Assembly: GCA_051453625.1 (NCBI GenBank)
Contig: JBOZIK010000001.1
Location: forward strand, 46,943,482-47,007,481
DNA: 64,000 nt
Direction of reading: 5' to 3'
Source of the DNA: Welwitschia mirabilis
Lineage: Eukaryota
The translations under genes and the position numbers were made by a program. Positions 51,810-64,000 of this stretch are shown piece by piece (the first letter of the stretch is position 1; every line of letters begins with the position of its first letter). The notes beneath the pieces were generated by a model. That model had not been told where the DNA came from. It saw nothing but the letters and a program-made list of their open reading frames with translations, and did no database searches.

Positions 51810-54800
51810 TTAATTAAAAAGTTTGGAAAAGGTCTCTTACGTGTACTCCCTGTTTTCTTATGTTTTTTAATCATAATGGATCCATTAAATAAGTACTTCT
51901 TTTATACTCTTATTTCTTAGTTGCCTGGATCTGGTACTTAGGATGTTTTCTAGCTAGAGGGCAAAAGTCAAATTGGATTTGAGCATGATATGTTACCAGT
52001 TCAAGATGTAGTCCTAGTTTCTATCTTAATGGTATGGTTTCATTATGCGCACATAAAAAACTGGATGTATTTGGGACATTTGTGGAGGAAGCTCTAGTTT
52101 GTATGCTAGATTCCCAATCTTTTCAATAATCTTAAATGGACTATAGAACTGTGGTACTAATTTCTGTACTTTCCCATTTTCAAGGAGTTTCTTTTTGGCT
52201 TGATTCTTAGTAGTACTTGTTCACCTATTTGGAATATGCAGGACTGGTGCTTCTAATCGTAATATTTCTTATATCTATGTTTTGCTACCTGTAGCTATCT
52301 TTTTATTTTATTTATTACTTCCTCCATCATCTTTAATTCTAAAGGCGCTATATTTTCTGATCTTTGTGAAGGATCTAACCATGTGATAGGGGTAGAATAG
52401 TTTTTACCATACATTGCTTTGAAGGGTAAATAGCAAATGGAAGTCTAAAGCGTTTGGTTATAAGTACAATTTGCCAAATATAGGTAGTTATCCCATTGTT
52501 TGGGCCTTCCTGCCACATGATACCTTAGAGTTTCTTCTAGTATATGATTTATTCTTTCTATTTGATCATTTATTTCTGGGTGATATATAGTACTAAAACT
52601 GAGTTTGGTACCTAAGTGGTGGAAGAAGCTTTACCAAAACTCAGAGAAGAACTTTCGATTTCGATCAAGTACTATAACCTATAGTGCATAATGTAATCTA
52701 AAGACTTCCTGTATAAAATGAAGGGCTAGCTCTTCTACTATATTAGTACTTTAAACTATGATAAAATGAACGATCTTGATTAACATGTCTACATAAATGA
52801 AAATTGCATCATGTTGTTTGTTAGTAAGGGGTAAATCGGTGATGAAGTCCATAGAAATCTCTTTCCATTTCCATTGTGGTATTCCCAATGGCTGAAGGAG
52901 ACCAATGGGTCTTCCTTAATCGATCTTCATCTACTAACATATAGAATAATTACAGATGTATTACTTTAAATCTACTTTCATTCTAGGCAAAAAGTAGGAT
53001 TTCTATAATTGGTGGTAGTCTCTGACAAATTCTGGATGTCTTGCATATGTAACTTGATGTAGTTTAGACATTAGCTTTCTTCTCCATGGACCTAATGGAA
53101 TGTATAGTCATCTTCTTTTTAGAAGGAATCCATTCTATGAGATCAGGTATATCTCTATTTCTTTTTCTTCTTGGACCTATTGATATATGTCTTTGAAGTG
53201 TGGATCATCAATCAAGGATGTTTTGAGAAAGGTGGATAAGTCAGATGTAACTATGATAGCTAACATACATTACATCTTGTTCAAAGCATTTTCTACTTTG
53301 TTTTCTTTACCAAGGTGTGTTATAACTTGAAGTCGTATTCTACTAGTAACTTACTCCATCTTCTCTGCCGCATATTTAAAATGGGTTAATTCTAGAAATC
53401 CTATCTAAGCTTTTATGATCTATTTTAAAAAGGAATTTGCTTCCCACAAGATAGTGCCTCTAAACTTTCAAGGCATGCACTATGACTAACAATTTCAAAT
53501 CATGTACGAGATAGTTTTCTCATGTTAGTTCAATTTCTGTCATTCATATGCAATCACCTAATCATCTTAGCTAAGTATGACCCCTATTCCTCAAGTGGAA
53601 GCATCTATGGTGACTGTAAATGATTTGTTTATATCTATAATATTAAGGTCCTGTGATGTTATAAGTAGCAACTTTAATCTAAGAAATGCCTCCTTGCATT
53701 TGTCATCTAATTGAAATATATTTGTTGCTTTGGTTAAGTTTTTTAATAGTGCTGCAAGTTGAGAAAATCCTAAAACAAATTTTTAATAGAAGCTAGTCAA
53801 TCCTAAGAAAATTTGTACTTGAGTGACATCCTTTAATTTTAGCCATTTCCTTATGACTTCTACTTTAGTCAGATCTATTGTTATTCCTCTACTAGAGATG
53901 ATATGTCCTAAATAAGTGATTTCTATTTAAAAGAATTCACATTTGCTTAATTTTAGTTTAAATTTATACCTGGACAAGACCTGTAGAACTTTCTTCAAAT
54001 GTGTCACATGATCATCATGGTTTTTAGAATATATTAGAATATCATCTAAAAATACAACCACAAATTTATCCAAGTAAGGTCGAAAAACAGCATTCATTAA
54101 AATCATAAAAATGGCTGTAGTATTTGTTAAACGAAAAGGCATTACTATAAACTTGTAATGTCCATATCTTGTTTTGAAAGCAGTCTTATAGACATATTCA
54201 TCCTTGATGTGATTTGATGGTAGCTAGATTTTAAATTGATCTTTGAAAAGTACTTGGATCCTTGTAGTTGATCCAATAGATCATCGATTCATGGTAGTGA
54301 GTATCTATTCTTGATGTTTACTTTGTTGAGTTATCTGTAGTTAATTTAAAGCTACAAGGTATCATCCTTCTTTTTAATAAAAAATATTTGTGCCCCCATG
54401 ATAATACACTAGGGTACATCTTTCCTTCCAACAATAGCTATTCGATTTATAACTTTAGTTCTCTTAGTTCTACTACTGAGAAATGATAGGATGCTCTGGC
54501 TATTGACTGTGCTCTAGGGATTAAATCAATTGCATGCTATACTTTTTTCTTGGGCGGTGGTATTTTTGAATCTTCAAATACATCTGAGAATTCTTTTAGT
54601 TCTTCTAGTATAGAGTAATCTTCCTTATGATCTTCTGTCAGTACTAGAGCAATAAACACTTGTTTATTTTTGACAATTTTTGTGATTTGTTTAGGTGATG
54701 TTAAATATATCTTCTTACTCTTTCCCTCCCCTTTAAAGATTCATTTTCTGAATGAAGGAGATAGTTTCAAGGTTCTTTAGTGAAAGTTAATCTAAACATT

Positions 54801-56260
54801 ATATTTAATTAAGAAAGGGATTCCTAAAATGACATGGTATTCTCTAATTTGAAAGACATAAAACTTATCTCTAAGGTGTAAATCATGAATGGTAAAGTGA
54901 TAAGGGCAGCAATCCCGTCTTATGTAAGAATACTATCCCCCTACAACTCCTATGGTAAACTCTTGTTCTTGAAACAGGTGATATTTAATTTGTAAAATAA
55001 AGATGTTGAAATGAAATTCTGTGATGCACTACTATTAACGAGGAATAAAATAGAAAAATATAAAATATAACTACATAATTCTAAGATGGAGTGTTGATTA
55101 TGAATTGTACCTATTTGAATGATAGCATAGACTCTTTTGAATGGCATGGACTGACTTTAAAGAGCTTGAGGCTGATTGTGCTGAGGAACATTTGGTGGTT
55201 GTGCTTTGGATGGACAGTTCCTGGTAATTGGACCTCTCATGTGGCACTCATGGCAAGTAAGATTAGTTCTATATGGCTTTCTTGCTGGTGGTGTGATTGA
55301 AGGAGGGTGCCTATCTCCTTAGTATAGTTGATCTATCCATCTATTTTCTTATCCTTGGAGATAGTGCCTTATTTTTTAATATGCATCTTCTATGGACTTG
55401 ATTTCCAAAGTGCATAGAATGCTTTAAAGTTTGAGTGACAATGTTTCAATAAAACTGTTAATAAGCTACTTCTCTATAAAATTCTTTTGGTACTCCATGA
55501 GGCACTGGAATTTATATCAATGTTCATCTAATGGGTGTTTACCCCAGCGTGGGCACTAAAACTCCACCATTTAATCTTCAATAAAATCTTCTAAAATGAA
55601 CTTCTTTTAAATTCTTCAGTGAAGGTATCCCATGATATCCTACATGAGTGTTTCTATTGATATCTGAACCACCATTCCTGTGTGTTTATGATACCATATA
55701 CATCTATCTTTTTAGAGGTATATTTTGAAGTTCGAAATAATTCTCCAATTTTTGGATCTAAGATATGGCTTCCTCACTTATTCTAGCCTTGCCTTCAAAG
55801 GTCTTTAAGTGTATCATCTTTGCAATTTCCTCTCTTTCACATTGTTTAATATTGGGATGGTTAGATCTATTTGTCAGGAAAACTTAAAGGTTGGCCTATG
55901 TATTTAATAATCTTATTTGAATGTTTTGGATGTCAATATCAGCTGTAAGAATATGCTATCCTGATGTAGATGATGGTTCTTGAGATGCCCTCGGATTGTG
56001 TTCTATAGGTCTTTTTTCTAGGCGAGAAAGAAGGCTATTAGTCCTACTAGTTAGATGTTCATTTTGAGAGTGGATATGATTAATTTGGCCTTCTAGTGAC
56101 TCAATTTGCTCATTGACCCTATGTTTCATGATGTGCTAGTGGGTTCAATGTCCTCTTGAACTCATACACCTCTGCCTTATTCTATAAGTATTCTCTCTCT
56201 GCCTTTTCTCCTTTAGTGGTAATGTGTTTTTTTAGTATTGTTGGTGGTAGTTAGGGACTT
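51810..56260 (-). pseudogene. Chromovirus gag-pol with C-terminal chromodomain, decayed
   Basis: [52 protein letters not shown] and FYSPFKIIEKIGNLAYKLELP; chromodomain RQLRNKSIKEVLI*W...T*E. gag start approximate. Confidence 0.92.
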
Positions 56261-56397
56261 GTAACCACCTAGTAGTTAAGAAAATAGTTAGAGAAAACAA
56301 TTTCTAGCAGTTATCATAAGAACCTTGCTAACATGAATAACAACTACCAAAGAGAATCTATGCGTTGCTAGGCATCCAAGGATGGCATCATAAATCC

Positions 56398-57045
56398 AAG
56401 TGTGACATTGGACACCTGTGTGTACTAAGTGCGACATCAGACATCCAAGTGCAACGTCAGAGGTTTTAGAAGGATTTTGGGTCTTATGGAGTAACACTGA
56501 GGAGTGACAATGCATCTAGGATATGAGTGTGACATTGGACATCCAAGTACAATGTTGGGCTCCTAAGTGTGATGTTAGGCCATCAAGTGTGATGTCAAAG
56601 CCTATTGTACCGATGAACGAACAAAAGAGATGATGGTAGATTTTAGGTCTACGAGTGGTAAGTGCAATCTCATGCATCCAAGTACAATGTGGAACACCCA
56701 AGTGAGACATCGGGGTTCTTTAAGTAGGTGAGTAGAATAGGTGATGTTTGTGAAAAAATGGTAAAATCTAGGCCTATGAAGAATAAGTGCGATGTCTGTC
56801 ACCCAAGTGCGACATCAAGCTTTAAAGGGCTTCGAAATATGATGTTGAATTTGGCAAGACCAAGTATGACATTGGCCTTCAAAGTGTGACATTGACCATT
56901 AAAGTGCGACATCGATATTCTAGGAGTACGACATCGGCATTCTAAAAGTACAATGTTGGCTCTGAAGTATGACATTAACCATCTGAGAATGTGACATCAA
57001 CCTCTAAAGTGAGACATTGACCATCTAGAAGTATGATGTTGGGTT
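56398..57045. repeat. Array of ~20-bp degenerate repeats (consensus ~AAGTGCGACRTCGG.CATCC, roughly 20 copies)
   Basis: E.g. AAGTGTGACATTGGACACC, AAGTGCGACATCAGACATCC, AAGTACAATGTTGG, AAGTGTGATGTTAGG. Confidence 0.9.
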
Positions 57046-57624
57046 TCAGTCCACTATAATTCAGGGCCTTAATCTATTCATGGTTAACTAGAGTTTTTTG
57101 CATTTAACTAAGATTTAGTTAACTATAGTTAACTCTTATTTTAGGTTAGGTTAAACCTTGGTCCACCACTATAAATAGCTCCATGATCCCCTTATTTTTT
57201 ACTTCTTTTATTACATGCCTCTATAATCAAATTGGTAGCTCTTTCATTTATTATTTCAATTATCTATTTCTTTGATACTTTTATTTTCTTCTTTTCTTTT
57301 ATTTTAATATTTTCCTTTTTCTTGTTTCTTATATAGGCCCTTCCACAACCTTCTTTTGCCTATAAATACGAGTTCCCTCTAGCATTTGTAGATGTACTTC
57401 TTCCTCTGGATTCTAGACTTTGCCTTACCATTTCTTAAAATTATACTAGTGTCAGATCTACAGAGTTAGAAATACAGCAATGCACTTAGGAACAAGGATT
57501 CTCTTGGATCTTTTCCTCTAATATATTAGATCTATATGGCTTTCCATCTTTCTATCTTTGTCATCATACTATTCTTTTCATCCTGGATTTCTTTTACTCT
57601 TCTTTTAATCTACACACTACTACC

Positions 57625-60536
57625 ATGATCCATTCTCATCATCATCTAATTCAGATTTTGGAAGAGAGCATTCAACTAGTCTTTGAGATGAGTAAAGGTA
57701 ATCATGTTCCTCCTAAAGTTTTTCATTGTGATGAGGACTTTTATTATTTCTTAGTTAATCACTTGGATGATTTTGTATGTGTGTAGGAGATGAATACCCA
57801 CTGCCATGAGATCTCTATTGCTAATTTTACCACTCCATATTTTGCAGCTTCTGGGGAGCTAATTGCTGGTAGAGCCTTTCTTCATGATCAGGTGAATGAG
57901 ATTCCTACTTATATAATTTACTTATTCCCCTTTATAACTAGTGGAGTTTTTTGAGATTGGGCCTCCGTTGTCTATTCTTCCAGCCTTTCCAAGTTAACCC
58001 ACTTGAAGAGGAATGGAGATAGGAAGAAGTGTTTATATGGCCATGTCTTAATAGGTTTATATTTTACTTCTATGGATCGAAGGGATCTACAGCAATTTAG
58101 GGCTATTTATAAAGATTCCTCCTTTGTTTTGTCTCTTCATAAGATCCTTGCTTGATCTTTATTACATTCTCGTTCTTTCTTATCTATGTAGGTAAAGGTT
58201 CTGGGAGTTATGAATTTGGAGAAACATCTCAGGGTACTTTTCCTATTCTATCTGAGATATGAGTTTTACTGAGGAATCTTGCTATTAAGTATATTTATGA
58301 TAACTCTGACTTTTTCATTATTTGATATTTGTAGATAAGGAAGAATTCAAGATCTGGTGCCTCTTCCTGCCAGAAACATGATAAAGCTCCAATAAATTAC
58401 CTTATGCCTATGGAACTAGAAAAGGAAGAGGATGCACCCCTTAGCTTTTCTCGGTGACACTGGCCCTGTGGGGTATTACCTATTACCATCTCTTCTTTTT
58501 NNNNNNNNNNNNNNNNNNNNNNNNNNNNNNNNNNNNNNNNNNNNNNNNNNNNNNNNNNNNNNNNNNNNNNNNNNNNNNNNNNNNNNNNNNNNNNNNNNNN
58601 NNNNNNNNNNNNNNNNNNNNNNNNNNNNNNNNNNNNNNNNNNNNNNNNNNNNNNNNNNNNNNNNNNNNNNNNNNNNNNNNNNNNNNNNNNNNNNNNNNNN
58701 NNNNNNNNNNNNNNNNNNNNNNNNNNNNNNNNNNNNNNNNNNNNNNNNNNNNNNNNNNNNNNNNNNNNNNNNNNNNNNNNNNNNNNNNNNNNNNNNNNNN
58801 NNNNNNNNNNNNNNNNNNNNNNNNNNNNNNNNNNNNNNNNNNNNNNNNNNNNNNNNNNNNNNNNNNNNNNNNNNNNNNNNNNNNNNNNNNNNNNNNNNNN
58901 NNNNNNNNNNNNNNNNNNNNNNNNNNNNNNNNNNNNNNNNNNNNNNNNNNNNNNNNNNNNNNNNNNNNNNNNNNNNNNNNNNNNNNNNNNNNNNNNNNNN
59001 NNNNNNNNNNNNNNNNNNNNNNNNNNNNNNNNNNNNNNNNNNNNNNNNNNNNNNNNNNNNNNNNNNNNNNNNNNNNNNNNNNNNNNNNNNNNNNNNNNNN
59101 NNNNNNNNNNNNNNNNNNNNNNNNNNNNNNNNNNNNNNNNNNNNNNNNNNNNNNNNNNNNNNNNNNNNNNNNNNNNNNNNNNNNNNNNNNNNNNNNNNNN
59201 NNNNNNNNNNNNNNNNNNNNNNNNNNNNNNNNNNNNNNNNNNNNNNNNNNNNNNNNNNNNNNNNNNNNNNNNNNNNNNNNNNNNNNNTCGGTGACACTGG
59301 CCCTGTGGGGTATTACCTATTACCATCTCTTCTTTTCCTTTATTTTCTCCTCTTTTTTTTTGACATAGGTTTTTTCTTGTTTTATTATAGGTTCTTCGCA
59401 TAGAGACTTTGGTCAAGGAGGATATGGACTTTACTACCTCTGGAGAAGACTTTCCTTTGACAGCTAAGGAAGGAGTGCATTACTGTAAGTGAAACTTTTC
59501 CTTCTGTTCCTTCGACTAGCCTCTTCATGGATTTATTATTCCCTTTTAATTCTCAAGTGGAAGAGGTACTTAATAATTTTAATACCTTAATGTATTAGGA
59601 GGATATTTCCTATTCCACCTCCTATTTTCAGCCTCCAGGTCAAAGTCCTCTTGTTGCTTACCCTTCTCTAGAGCCTTTTCGCCACTTGCCTGTAGCTCCA
59701 CAATCCATTGTAAATGAATAGGACCAAGTATCTTATTGCACCAATCAACTTCTGTCAGTGGTGGAGATCTTGTACCCTAAGGTTAAGGAGTTGATGGATC
59801 CGTTAGAGGATTATCAGTCCTTTTTCAGCCTTTTTCATACATAAGTCCTGCATCCTTCACACCTAGATGATGTCTACATCCATCATTGATCCAAGCCAGC
59901 AAATGTATCATAGCACTTTAAGTACAACCATTTTACTCATTTCACTTCCCATTATTCTTTATAGCATAAATGAACTACTTCATCTAAGATTTCTACAACA
60001 TGGTTTATATGATGGAGTCATTTTACTGCATGGCTCATCATAGAATTGAAGCGCGGAAGTCCATGAGTAGTTAGCTCCAGATGTTGAAGAATGAGGTGGA
60101 AAACATTCGTTTATCAGAGAAGAGATCATGGGTAGATGCTTTACATATAGCTACTATAGAAGAAATTTAGGCTACCTTATCTACTCAGCTGATAGAGAGT
60201 GAAAGGATAATTCAAGCTTATGAGGATTGTTTGGCCATTACTATTGACGACATCAATGTGTTATATCATGGCAAAGAGCTCTTGAAGGAACATCTGTTAG
60301 GGACTTTAGTTAATTATAGTAAGCTTTATATGAAGCTCTATAAGTGGTCATATTCCATTACTAGGGTAGATTCTATACCGACTTCTTCTTCAGTTGAAAT
60401 CAATACTACAGCAGTTCCTACATAGCCTACTGAGATGAAAGTAGTTTCAGGAGACATGAAGCCTCTTATCCCAGGCGTGAAGGGTCACAACCCTGTTACC
60501 TTCTCTATGGAGGATCTCCTTCCTCCTCAGCAGTGA
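57625..60536 (+). pseudogene. Decayed antisense extra ORF of the chromovirus, possibly spliced; unknown product
   Basis: Long single-frame stretches with few stops: 57625-~58156 (2 internal stops) and 60012-60536 (3 internal stops, all TAG). TATAAATA at ~57170 and 57361. Confidence 0.65.
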
Positions 60537-60705
60537 TGATTGGTTTTTCTTGTCAAGGTATCATGCACCTTATTTTCACTAACACCTTATTTTCTTTAAT
60601 CATCATGTTATTATTCTTTGATGCATTGTTTGGACTTTGGCTATTTAATTTATAAACTGAGTTCTTTCCTTGTTTTTCTCAAGTAGTGGATTACTACTTG
60701 TTATT

Positions 60706-60718
60706 GGCTTTGATACCA
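60706..60718 (-). promoter_or_regulatory. PBS (tRNA-iMet)
   Basis: GGCTTTGATACCA, i.e. TGGTATCAAAGCC on the minus strand, 2 nt from the 5' LTR. Confidence 0.9.
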
Positions 60719-60720
60719 AA

Positions 60721-61139
60721 TGTAATGTTCCATTTTACTAATTTTAGATTACTTTACATAAAAAGGAACATTTAAAATAATATAATAAGATTCATAGGAA
60801 TAACAAGGAATAATTTAAAGAAAATAAGGCTTTTACTATTTATAGCAGTAGATTACATTCCACATCATTAGCAAGCAGCTTTGGACCAGTAGTTATAGGT
60901 AAATATGTGGACTACGACTTTAGTCCCTCTCCTAGGCTCTTTTGAAGATTAACCAAGGTTATCATCGATTACATCCACCTAGTCTATCCAAATCCACCTA
61001 ATACCGTAGGCTTATATTATATAATGAAGAGACACATCTTTCCATATTTGGGTCACACCCATTTATATCTCTTGTTAACCATGCTCAGTTAGCGCTTAAC
61101 ACACTTGATTATACAATTATAAAATTTTGGAATATTATA
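60721..61139 (-). repeat. 5' LTR (419 bp)
   Basis: Colinear with 51213-51628, roughly 80% identical by eye. Confidence 0.95.
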
Positions 61140-63070
61140 ATTTCCTTCTAAATTGACACTAACAATTATTGCCCCCGGATCTTTAAACTTTAGACATTTC
61201 TGTAAAACTAAGTTATTAATGGATTGAACTACGAACACTTTATTAGGGATGGTTCATTTTTGTTTCCTCCTAATCAAGTCTTTCCACAACTTAGAATACT
61301 TAGAGTTCTCTTGTAAAAGTTTCTAAAATTATAAATAGATACTCACATTTTACATTAAGGTTTTTAAATGTTCATCAAAGGTAGGATTTGTGTTTAATTT
61401 ATTAAGCCAAGGGGTAGCAGATTTCTTATAAGAAGAACTTTTCTTTTTTTTGCTTAAAGGATAAGGAAAAGAATGATTTTTCAAAATTTCTATATCCTCT
61501 TATTCATTATTTTTATCACTTTGAGATGTTGAAGCCTTTAGGTTGGGTAAAGATTGAGTGGTAAGTGACCCTTATGGTATTTGATTAGTAAGCATGGGTT
61601 GTTACAAAATACTCACAATATTTTCAATGTTGAATTTTGTTCTTTCTTGTGTTTTTTTCAATTCATCAATGGAACTTCTAAGTGGATCAACTTGGTTTTG
61701 TGAGTTGGATGCTTACTTGATTATTTAAGTTGTTTGATTGAAAATTTATGTTTTAAAATCTCTTTTTAAATGGTTGAAAATTAGGATGATTTATTTGAAA
61801 ATTTTTGAAGTTGGATTATCTATTCATCCTAAGTTGAAAATTATTGTAATTTTAAATTTGATTTTGGTTTTGGTTTTCATTAAAGTTTGAAGATCTTTGA
61901 TTGAAAGAACACACTTCTTCATAAATTATTTCTTTATATTTTGACAATAAAGGACACTCTTTCATAACATGATAGGTGTCTTAATGTAAATCACAAGTTA
62001 GAGCTACAACTACACTCTTCTCTATTGTTACCTTTGCATCTAAAATCATCTAAGTGTATTTTTATAAAGTTGAGGTGAGATTCTTAATGACATTTTTTGT
62101 TTCATTTACAGTTATTATTTCTTTATTTTTGGCTTAACCTCTTTAAGATCTTTAATGATTTAACCTATAGTTTAATCTTCTCTAAATGAGGTAACTCACT
62201 TTCAGTAACTCTTTCAACACTTTTTAAGCATTTTATAAAGTAAGATTCAATAAATTTCCTTTACACGAAAAATCAACTAGCTGCTTAGTTTGATTGTTGA
62301 GTCCACTATAAAAGTAGTCTACCAATTCTTTTTGAGAAAAATCATCTACAAGGTTCAAATGTAAAGCAACAAAAAATCTCTCATAGATAAAGGCATAATC
62401 TTCATTAATCTATTGTTGGAAGTTGGTTATTTCTTTCTTACATTTTCTAATGTTAGTTTCACTTATGAATATCTTAATAAAATCTTTTTAAACTAACTCC
62501 ATGATTTTAAACTCTTATAAGGAACCATTCTTAACCAAATTTTATCTTTACATTTTAAAGTGATGGGAAAAATAACTATGTAAGTTAGATCACTTATGCT
62601 TTTCTTACCATTTTTTAGAGTAAGCACTAACTGTTTGATGCCGACAATTGTTGTAAAGGGTCTTTATCATGTTCACCACTATAAATGGAATAAACATTTA
62701 GGTTTATAAGTTCGATACCATTAACAGGAGGTAAATCAAAAGGAGTTTGAATTTCACATTTTTTTTATTAGCAACTAGTTCTCTAAGAGTGATATTTGCG
62801 TTAGGGTTTATAGGTGTAGTCATAGGAGTTCCAATAACAATGAAGGGATTAGGCAAAGTGACTTGATTTTACTTTTGCAATGAGCTAGACGTATTTAAAA
62901 ATTGAAAAATATCATTGAAATAATCTTCTAAAAAGTTTTCTTTCACAAAATTAGATTTTAAAGATATAAATGTAGAAACTTCTGGAATTTTTAAAACTTA
63001 CATATATTTGGTGTGCATTCCTTAGTTAAATTTGAAGTTAATTAAACCTTCTTAGATGTTTTCCTCTATG
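61140..63070 (-). pseudogene. gag: Athila gag and N-terminal protease, decayed
   Basis: KFKDPGAIIVSVNLEG adjoins the insertion; LYSKYSKLWK (cf. PSYAKFLK); gag core with FPITLKCKDKIW and IPFIVVNMIKTL. Confidence 0.8.
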
Positions 63071-63564
63071 AACAGCTACTCTCTAATATTTTTCTTTCTT
63101 ACTATATTTTATCATGTCCCAGCATACTCAGTTTTGATGCTTAATGTATCATCCCTATAGTTATTTGAATGATAGTCTGGATGATAGAAACATAGAAAAT
63201 ACCAAAAACAAATTTTAAAAAACATAGAAAACAGAAATGTAAAATGATAGATATAAGAAATACAGAAAGTAGAAGATCGTCCATCTGTTTCATCTAAATG
63301 AAAGAGGAGATGATAAAAAAACCCTAAAAATTTTAAGAAAGTGATAAACTAAAAAAACTCAAGGCATAAAGCCCATCAACATTGCACGTCATCTAGATGA
63401 TGAAGCAGATGATAAAGTATTTATTTTGAAATGTAAAGACAGAAACTATGAAAAGAAAAACCTATGCCATTGTAACTAAAAATATAGCATTGCTACAAGT
63501 AAATATCTAAACTGGAATCCAAACACTTACCTGAATAATAACAACTCTCAAGCTTCAAGCAGCA

Positions 63565-63583
63565 TTCCCCAATAACGATGTCA
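63565..63583 (-). promoter_or_regulatory. Athila-type PBS (decayed)
   Basis: TTCCCCAATAACGATGTCA vs TTCCCCGGCAACGGCGCCA, just before TGATG at 63589. Confidence 0.8.
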
Positions 63584-63588
63584 AGATA

Positions 63589-64000
63589 TGATGTATATTT
63601 GTGCAAATAATTATGCTTGAGAAGATCCTGTCATTCACAAATAAAATAGATATTCTACACAACATAATACACTAATATAGATGGGAGTGAACTTGAATGT
63701 TGTAATCCATTGAAGGCCGAGGCTAGAAGAAAGAGAATTAATTTTAACAAGAAACACTTACATATTCTAGCAATAAAAATAAATTGCAATATATAAAATC
63801 ATAATGCAATACAATTATGCAAAGTTAATCTAGGAAAGAAAAGAAATAATGCACCTAAACTAAAAATGCTCAACCTTAATAAAAGTTGCCCTCATAACCT
63901 ATATCTCTTAAGAAACTGTCAGTAAATTGGAAGCAATATAAACTATGACAGATAAGTAACAAAAAGCAAAAAAAATGAAAAAGAGTTCATTGTATTGATC
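63589..64000 (-). repeat. 5' LTR, family A (partial)
   Basis: Homologous to 9314-9800, 17017-17500 and 44180-44640. Confidence 0.88.

Larger units (their letters stand above)
51213..61139 (-). mobile_element. Full-length Tekay-like chromovirus (Ty3/gypsy) inserted in the Athila protease
   Basis: LTRs 51213-51628 and 60721-61139, iMet PBS, PPT, gag-PR-RT-RH-IN-chromodomain; flanks ATCTT and ATTTC fit a decayed 5-bp TSD. Confidence 0.93.
44152..64000 (-). mobile_element. Autonomous-type Athila element, LTR family A, with env-like ORF; interrupted by a chromovirus; 5' LTR runs off the window
   Basis: 3' LTR 44152-45356, env-like ORF, IN-RH-RT-PR, gag, PBS 63565-63583, 5' LTR from 63589. Confidence 0.88.

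Noticed and set aside
56398-57045. CRISPR-like repeat array
   Set aside because: Units are degenerate and mostly abutting with no unique 30-40 nt spacers, there are no cas genes, and the context is a eukaryotic retrotransposon.

Overview
AT-rich, CpG-depleted plant-type intergenic DNA made almost entirely of decayed, nested LTR retrotransposons, with several N gaps. I found no intact host gene, rRNA or CRISPR array. In order: (1) the 3' half of a Sirevirus-like Ty1/copia element (RT-RNaseH, env-like ORF, multiple PPTs, 3' LTR 3621-4892), which abuts and appears inserted into (2) the 3' part of a non-autonomous Athila-like element (+; LTR 6358-7632). (3) A copia gag split by (4) a near-complete ~9 kb pol-less, env-less Athila-like element (-; 9314-18325). 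(5) An Athila-like gag-pol element (-; ~23.5-32 kb), with a second copy of its LTR/3' region at 19.75-21.86 kb. (6) An Athila 5' half (38-43.65 kb). (7) An autonomous, env-bearing Athila (-; 44152 to window end) of the same LTR family as (2) and (4), whose protease is split by (8) a full-length Tekay-like chromovirus (51213-61139). The most interesting signals are a large decayed antisense ORF with its own TATA boxes and a 20-bp repeat array lying between the PBS and gag of the chromovirus, and a multi-hairpin non-coding block shared by two otherwise different Athila-like elements. Lineage calls, identities and boundaries were made by eye and are approximate.
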